A stretch of DNA of 64,000 nucleotides, from positions 192,001 to 256,000 of the forward strand of contig CAVYSY010000031.1 of the NCBI GenBank assembly GCA_963771175.1, read 5' to 3'. This DNA comes from an uncultured delta proteobacterium (GTDB lineage Bacteria; Myxococcota; Myxococcia; Myxococcales; Myxococcaceae). Position numbers and translations under genes: made by a program. Each line of letters starts with the position of its first letter. Positions within the stretch are counted from its first letter, which is position 1. The notes under the pieces were generated by a model that was not told the origin of the DNA, searched no databases, and saw only the letters and a list, made by a program, of their open reading frames with translations. Of this stretch, positions 58,607-64,000 are shown piece after piece.

Positions 58607-58817
58607 CGGAACGAGCGGATGCGGAGGCGCACCGCGGGGTGCATCCTGTAGCGAGACGGGCGCCCTGTGAACACCTCGGAGGAGCTGCCCTCACGCATGC
58701 CGTACAGTCAGGCGGGCGAAGACGCAGCGGCGCTACAACCCCGAGCACCGAGGCCCACCGAGCGGCTCTTCTCCTTCATGCCATCCGTCGTAGTCTGCGC
58801 GCCCCACGGAGGTGGAG

Positions 58818-59517
58818 ATGGCACGGATGGACTTGATGGGCTGGGCACTCCTGCTGGCGCTTGCCGGTGCGGGGTTGAGCGAAGCGAAACCGGTGAAGTA
58901 CGCGGGACTGCACCCGCGCACCGGTGAGCCCAATGGCGGGCTCTGCCACATCCAGGCGGTGCACGTGCACACCGCGGCGCCCATGCACGCGCAGGTCCTC
59001 TACCGGCTGCACGGCGACGTGTACTTCTTCATCGGCGACCCGGCGCCCTTCGGGTACGAGGGGCCGCGCCACTCGTATCTACGGGCACCACCCGGTGGTC
59101 ATCAACGTCATCCTCGAGGAGGACACCGAGGAGGACGACGTGGAGTACTGCTACCACGACGGGCCGCACTACCATTCCTACCCGCCGCCCCCGAGGCACG
59201 ATTTCGAGGAGCAGGAGGACGTGTACTACTACGCGGGCGAGTACCCGGAGGAGTACAGGCGCGACAGCCCGAAGCTGGTGAAGGTGAACGTCCTCTACCG
59301 CCCGTGGAGCTACACGCTCCCGGTGGTGGTGAAGCTGCCGCCGCCCGAGTACCGCGGCCCGGTGCTGCAGGTGGAGGTGAACGTGCCAGCCGTGGGCGTC
59401 AAGGTGAAGGTGGAGCCGGTGCCGGTCCGCCACGAGGTGATCATCGTGGAGGAGCCTGAGCGTCCGAGGCACAAGCACGAGAAGCACAAGCACAAGAAGT
59501 TCAAGGACAGGGACTGA
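58818..59517 (+). CDS. Secreted His/Tyr-rich protein with an internal repeat (frameshift near 59080)
   Basis: GGAGGT SD, signal peptide, two G-x-HP...C-x5-H-x-H units, HKHEKHKHKK tail. Confidence 0.65.
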
Positions 59518-59519
59518 GC

Positions 59520-59891
59520 ATGCGACGGAAGCTCTTGTGCCTGGGTCTACTGCTGCTGGCGGCATGCAGCAGCAGCCCCGAGGACGTCATCGACGCGTGG
59601 CGCAAGGCGGGCCAATCGCCGGGGGAGTTCAAGGATGTGGGCGAGAAGCTGCCCGGCGGCAAGTGCTTCGCCGGCAAGGTCGCGGGCCTGGACGCCACGG
59701 TGTGCGAGTTCAAGGAGGCGGAGCAGGCCCGGAAGGCAGAGGATGCGGGCTGGGAGCTGGTGGGCAACACCGTCGGCTCCTCGCTGGCCTCGGGCAAGGT
59801 GCTGCTGGTCATCGCGGACCCGCGCAAGGAGGACCCGAGCGGGCGGCGGATCAACGAGGTCATCCAGACGTTCCGGCAGGAGACGCGCTAG
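59520..59891 (+). CDS. Small lipoprotein
   Basis: Lipobox LAAC; starts 2 nt after the upstream stop. Confidence 0.75.
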   Translation: MRRKLLCLGLLLLAACSSSPEDVIDAWRKAGQSPGEFKDVGEKLPGGKCFAGKVAGLDATVCEFKEAEQARKAEDAGWELVGNTVGSSLASGKVLLVIADPRKEDPSGRRINEVIQTFRQETR

Positions 59892-59965
59892 GAACGCCTC
59901 CTCCAGGAAGCAGGGGGAGGCGAGTCGCCCACGGACTTCGCCCCCCTGCTCGATGCCGCCGGGAG

Positions 59966-61094
59966 CTACCCGGCCACGCGCTTCGAGAACTCCCCCACCC
60001 CGAGGAACTGCTCGTAGATGCGGGCGATGCGCTCGCCGGTGCGCCCGTCCCACAGGTCCGGGATGCGGCCCCGCTTCCCCAGACCCTCGAGGATGCGGTC
60101 CGCGGCCTGCTGGATGCGGGCCGGGTCGGTGCCCACCACGACGTTGGTGCCGATGTCGACGGTGATGGGACGCTCGGTGTTCTCGCGCACGGTGAGACAG
60201 GGAATGCCGAGCACCGTGGTCTCCTCCTGGAGGCCACCGGAGTCGGTGAAGACGAGCCGGGCCTGGGAGGTGAGCGCAGAGGAACTCCAGGTAGCCCATG
60301 GGGTCCACCAGCCGCAGGCCCGGGGTGCGCTCCAGCGTGGCGCCGAGCCCCATTTCCGCGAGGCGCTTGCGGGTGCGCGGGTGGACGGGGAAGACGACGG
60401 GCAGCCGGTTGGCCACGTGGGCCAGCGCGGACAACAGCCCGCCGAACACCTTCGCGTCATCCACGTTGGAGGCGCGGTGCAGGGTGCAGACGGCGTAGCC
60501 GCGCGGCTCGAGGCCCAGGTCCTCGAGCGTGGAGAGCCGCAGGGCCTTGTCCCGGGCCGTCAGCAGCGAGTCGATCATCACGTTGCCCACGAGGCGGATG
60601 CGCTCCGGCTCCAGGCCCTCGCGGATGAGGTTGGCGTCCGCGTCGGCCGAGGGCGTCAGCAGCAGGTCCGAGATGCGATCCGTGAGGATGCGGTTGATCT
60701 CCTCGGGCGCGGTGCGTTCGAGGCTGCGCAGCCCCGCCTCCACGTGGGAGAGGGGGATGCCCATCTTCGCCGCCACGAGCGCGGCGGACAGGGTGCTGTT
60801 GACGTCCCCCACCACGGAGACGAGGTCCGGCTTCTCGCTGGAGAACACCTTCTCCAGCTCCAGCATCATCCTGGCCGTCTGCTCGGCGTGGCTGCCCGAG
60901 CCGATACCGAGGTGGACGTCCGGGGCGGGCATGCCCAGGTCGGTGAAGAAGACGTCGCTCATCTTCACGTCATAGTGTTGGCCGGTGTGCACCAGCCGCT
61001 GCGTGAGCACGCCGCGCTCGGAGATGGCCCGGTGGATGGGTGCCACCTTCATGAAATTGGGACGCGCCCCGACGATATGGAGGACCTTCTTCAT
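59966..61094 (-). CDS. wecB: UDP-N-acetylglucosamine 2-epimerase (frameshift near 60280)
   Basis: VGARPNFMK, HTGQHYD, GDVNST, HVEAGLRS, PEEINR, TDSGGLQEE, TERP, WDG. Confidence 0.93.
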
Positions 61095-61189
61095 ATTGGG
61101 GGTGAAACTAGGCACGGGCCCGGTTGCGCCTAGGGGCTCAGGCCCTGGGGCGCATGGCAGCGTCGTGAATCTGATAGACAGCGCGCGTC

Positions 61190-61927
61190 ATGACCGCCCC
61201 CCGCACCGTCGCCGTCATCCCCGCCCGCTACGCCAGCACGCGCTTTCCCGGCAAGCCGCTGGCCCTCATCGCCGGCCGCCCGATGATTCAGCACGTGTGG
61301 ACCCGCTGCCAGGAGGCGCGCGTCTTCGACGAGGTGCTGGTGGCCACGGACGACGTCCGCATCCAGGAGACGGTGGCGAGCTTCGGAGGCACGGCGGTGA
61401 TGACGTCGCCGGATTGCGCCACGGGGACGGACCGGGTGGCCGAGGTGGCTCGGGCGCGCCCGGAGGTGGAGGTGTGGGTGAACGTGCAGGGGGACGAGCC
61501 GCTGGTGGACCCGGATTCACTGCGGGTGCTGGCGGGCCTCTTCGCGGACCCGGCCGTGCGGATGGGCACGCTGGTGCGCCCGCTGGAGACGGCCGAGGCG
61601 GACAGCCCCCACGTGGTGAAGGCGGTGCTGGCCCTGGATGGGGACGCGCTCTACTTCAGCCGCAGCACCGTGCCCTTCATCCGCGAGCCGGCCGAGGCGG
61701 GCGCGGTCCAGCGCTGGGCGCACCTGGGACTGTACGGCTACCGGCGCGAGACGCTGCTGCGACTGGCGGGCCTGAGCGCCACCCCGCTGGAGCAGGCGGA
61801 AAAGTTGGAGCAGCTACGAGCGCTGGAGCACGGCCTCCGCATCCGTTGCGGGAAGGTGGCGGGGCGCTCGGTGGCGGTGGACGTGCCCGAGGACGTGGCC
61901 CGGGTGGAGGCGGTGATGCGCGGCTGA
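61190..61927 (+). CDS. kdsB: 3-deoxy-manno-octulosonate cytidylyltransferase
   Basis: IPARYASTRFPGKPL, VATDD, GTDR, NVQGDEP, LYFSR, EKLEQLRALE, VDVPED. Confidence 0.95.
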   Translation: MTAPRTVAVIPARYASTRFPGKPLALIAGRPMIQHVWTRCQEARVFDEVLVATDDVRIQETVASFGGTAVMTSPDCATGTDRVAEVARARPEVEVWVNVQGDEPLVDPDSLRVLAGLFADPAVRMGTLVRPLETAEADSPHVVKAVLALDGDALYFSRSTVPFIREPAEAGAVQRWAHLGLYGYRRETLLRLAGLSATPLEQAEKLEQLRALEHGLRIRCGKVAGRSVAVDVPEDVARVEAVMRG

Positions 61928-61989
61928 AGCCGCCGCCCCGCCATTCAGGTAGGCATGCGGCGCGACATGCCCCGGGTTAGTCTGCGCGC

Positions 61990-63771
61990 GTGTCCGACGC
62001 CCCCAAGAAGCCCGATGCCCCCCAGAAGCCGAAGTTCTCCCGCGTGACGTTCCGGCGCATCATGAGCCTCGCCCGTCCCCAGGCGCGCAGGCTCGTCGCC
62101 GGCACCGTCTTCCTGCTCATCGCCAGCGCCCTGGGTCTGGTGTACCCGAAGGTCATCGGCGACATCATCGACCAGGCGCTCAAGGCGGGGGACCGCGCCC
62201 GCATCGACAACATCGCCCTGACCATGGTGGCCGTGTTCCTGCTGCAGGGCCTGACCATGGCGATGCGCTTCTACCTCTTCACCACCGCGGGCGAGCGGGT
62301 GGTGACGCGACTGCGGCAGGAGCTCTTCGGCAGCCTCATGTCCCAGGACGTGGGCTTCTTCGACGAGCGACAAGACGGGCGAGCTCACCAACCGGCTCGC
62401 CTCGGACACCACGGTGCTGCAGAACACGGTGAGCGTGAACATCTCCATGGCCCTGCGCAACGCGGCGCAGGCGATGGGCGGCATCGCGCTGCTCTTCTAC
62501 ACCTCCCCGGTGCTCACCGGGCTGATGCTGGCCATCGTGCCCGTGGTGGCGGTGGGGGCCGTGACGTACGGCCGCAAGGTGCGCGGGCTCTCCAAGCAGA
62601 CGCAGGACGCGCTCGCCGTCGCCAACGAGGTGGCCGAGGAGAGCCTCTCCGGCATCCGCACCGTGCGCTCCTTCGCCGCCGAGCGGCACGAGGTGGCCCG
62701 CTACGCCTCCGCCACCGAGCGCGCCTATGAGATTGCGCGCCACCGGGCGCGGCAGTCCTCCTTCTTCCTGGCCGGGGCCTCCTCCGCCGGCTACCTGGCC
62801 TCCGCGGTGGTGCTCTGGTACGGCGGCCGGCTGGTGCTGGATGGCAAGATGACGGTGGGCAACCTCACCTCCTTCCTCATCTACTCGCTCATGGTGGCCA
62901 TCGCGCTGGGGGCCCTGGCGGACCTCTGGGCGGACTTCATGCGCGCCTCGGGCGCCGCCGAGCGCGTCTTCGAGCTCATCGACCGCAAGCCCGCCATCCC
63001 CGCCTCGGGCGGCGAGCGCCTGCCGTCCGTCCAGGGCCGCGTCGACTTCCAGGAGGTGCGCTTCGCCTACCCCACGCGCCAGGACGTGCCGGTGCTGCAG
63101 GGCATCGACCTGCAGCTCGCCCCGGGCGAGGTGGTGGCCATCGTCGGCCCCTCGGGCGCGGGCAAGTCCACCATCGCCGGCCTGCTGGCGCGCATGTATG
63201 ACCCGCAGGGCGGGCGCGTGCTGCTGGACGGCAAGCCGCTGACGCGCGCTCGACCCCGAGTGGCTGCGGCAGCAGATTGGCACGGTGGCGCAGGAGCCGA
63301 TGCTCTTCGCCGCCTCCATCGCGGACAACATCCGCTACGGCCGCATGGACGCCACGCGACGCCGAGGTGGAGGCCGCCGCGCGCGCCGCCAACGCGCACG
63401 AGTTCATCTCCCGCTTCCCCGAGGGCTACCGCACCCTGGTGGGCGAGCGCGGCGTGCAGCTCTCCGGCGGCCAGAAGCAGCGCATCGCCATCGCCCGGGC
63501 CGTGCTCAAGGACCCGCGCCTGCTGGTGCTGGACGAGGCCACCAGCGCGCTCGACGCGGAGAGCGAGCACCTGGTGCAGGAGGCCCTGGAGCGGCTGATG
63601 GAGGGCCGCACCACGCTCATCATCGCCCACCGCCTGTCCACGGTGATCGGCGCGGACCGCGTGCTGGTGCTGGAGGGCGGCAAGGTGGTGCAGAGCGGCA
63701 ACCACGCCGCGCTCATGGACCAGGACGGCCTCTACCGCCGGCTGGTGGAGCGCCAGTTCGTGGCGGCCTGA
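61990..63771 (+). CDS. ABC exporter, fused TMD + NBD (MsbA/ABCB-like; frameshifts near 62370, 63245, 63355)
   Basis: TM domain, [36 protein letters not shown]. Confidence 0.9.
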
Positions 63772-63887
63772 GGAGCGCTCGCCCGGCCGCCTGCTCTCCA
63801 GGCGGTCCCACCGTGTGTGCCCGCGGCAGTGGCGCGGTGGAAATGCCGTCATTACTTAAGCGCCCGCAGACGAAAGGAGGTGATGCC

Positions 63888-63938
63888 TTGACCGATAGCA
63901 TGAGTCAGGCGTCCACCTCCGCTGGGATGGCGCGCTGA
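63888..63938 (+). other. Possible small ORF ([16 protein letters not shown]) or structured RNA with a perfect SD
   Basis: AAAGGAGGTGAT at 63873-63884 before TTG; internal CACCTCC at 63914-63920 complementary to the SD. Confidence 0.35.
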
Positions 63939-64000
63939 AGAAGCCACCGTCCGGCGGGGAGTGACGCCGAAGAGTGCGGGCCCGCCCGTCCTACGCACCC

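Noticed and set aside
63813..63850. Group II intron 5' end (GTGTG...)
   Set aside because: Only the short start motif matches; no recognisable domain I features, RT ORF or domain V in the window
63873..63884. Fragment of a 16S rRNA gene on the minus strand
   Set aside because: The match is 12 nt and the flanks do not continue as rRNA

Overview
A GC-rich myxobacterial chromosomal segment, most likely Myxococcales (Archangium/Cystobacter/Stigmatella-like; inferred from gene content). It holds about 54 protein-coding genes and no rRNA, tRNA, CRISPR array or transposase that I can recognise. The backbone genes are rsmE, an RDD protein, a frgA-frgB-frgC-like developmental locus, a wax-ester/TAG synthase, oligopeptidase A, a propionyl-CoA carboxylase/methylmalonyl-CoA mutase cluster, a DnaJ-TPR protein, yhbY, purF, rarA, an RluA synthase, wecB, kdsB and an ABC exporter. 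Accessory genes lie between them: a lipoprotein with a His-rich nuclease-like tip plus a coupled putative immunity gene, a PRMT-like methyltransferase, an expansin lipoprotein, a cytochrome c/copper monooxygenase fusion, a divergent sigma54-type porin/DUF3108/YceI unit, Cys- and His-rich repeat proteins, and an uncharacterised His-motif membrane protein. Non-coding signals include two perfect 20-bp palindromes 40 bp apart upstream of pccB, a three-hairpin element before frgA, a Shine-Dalgarno (SD)/anti-SD small ORF at the right end, and repeated -10 boxes directly before SD-less start codons. Many genes carry single-base frameshifts, clustered in conserved genes. I read these as consensus or sequencing errors, so those genes are given as reconstructed CDS spans. 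All family calls come from motif recognition by eye, with no database search.
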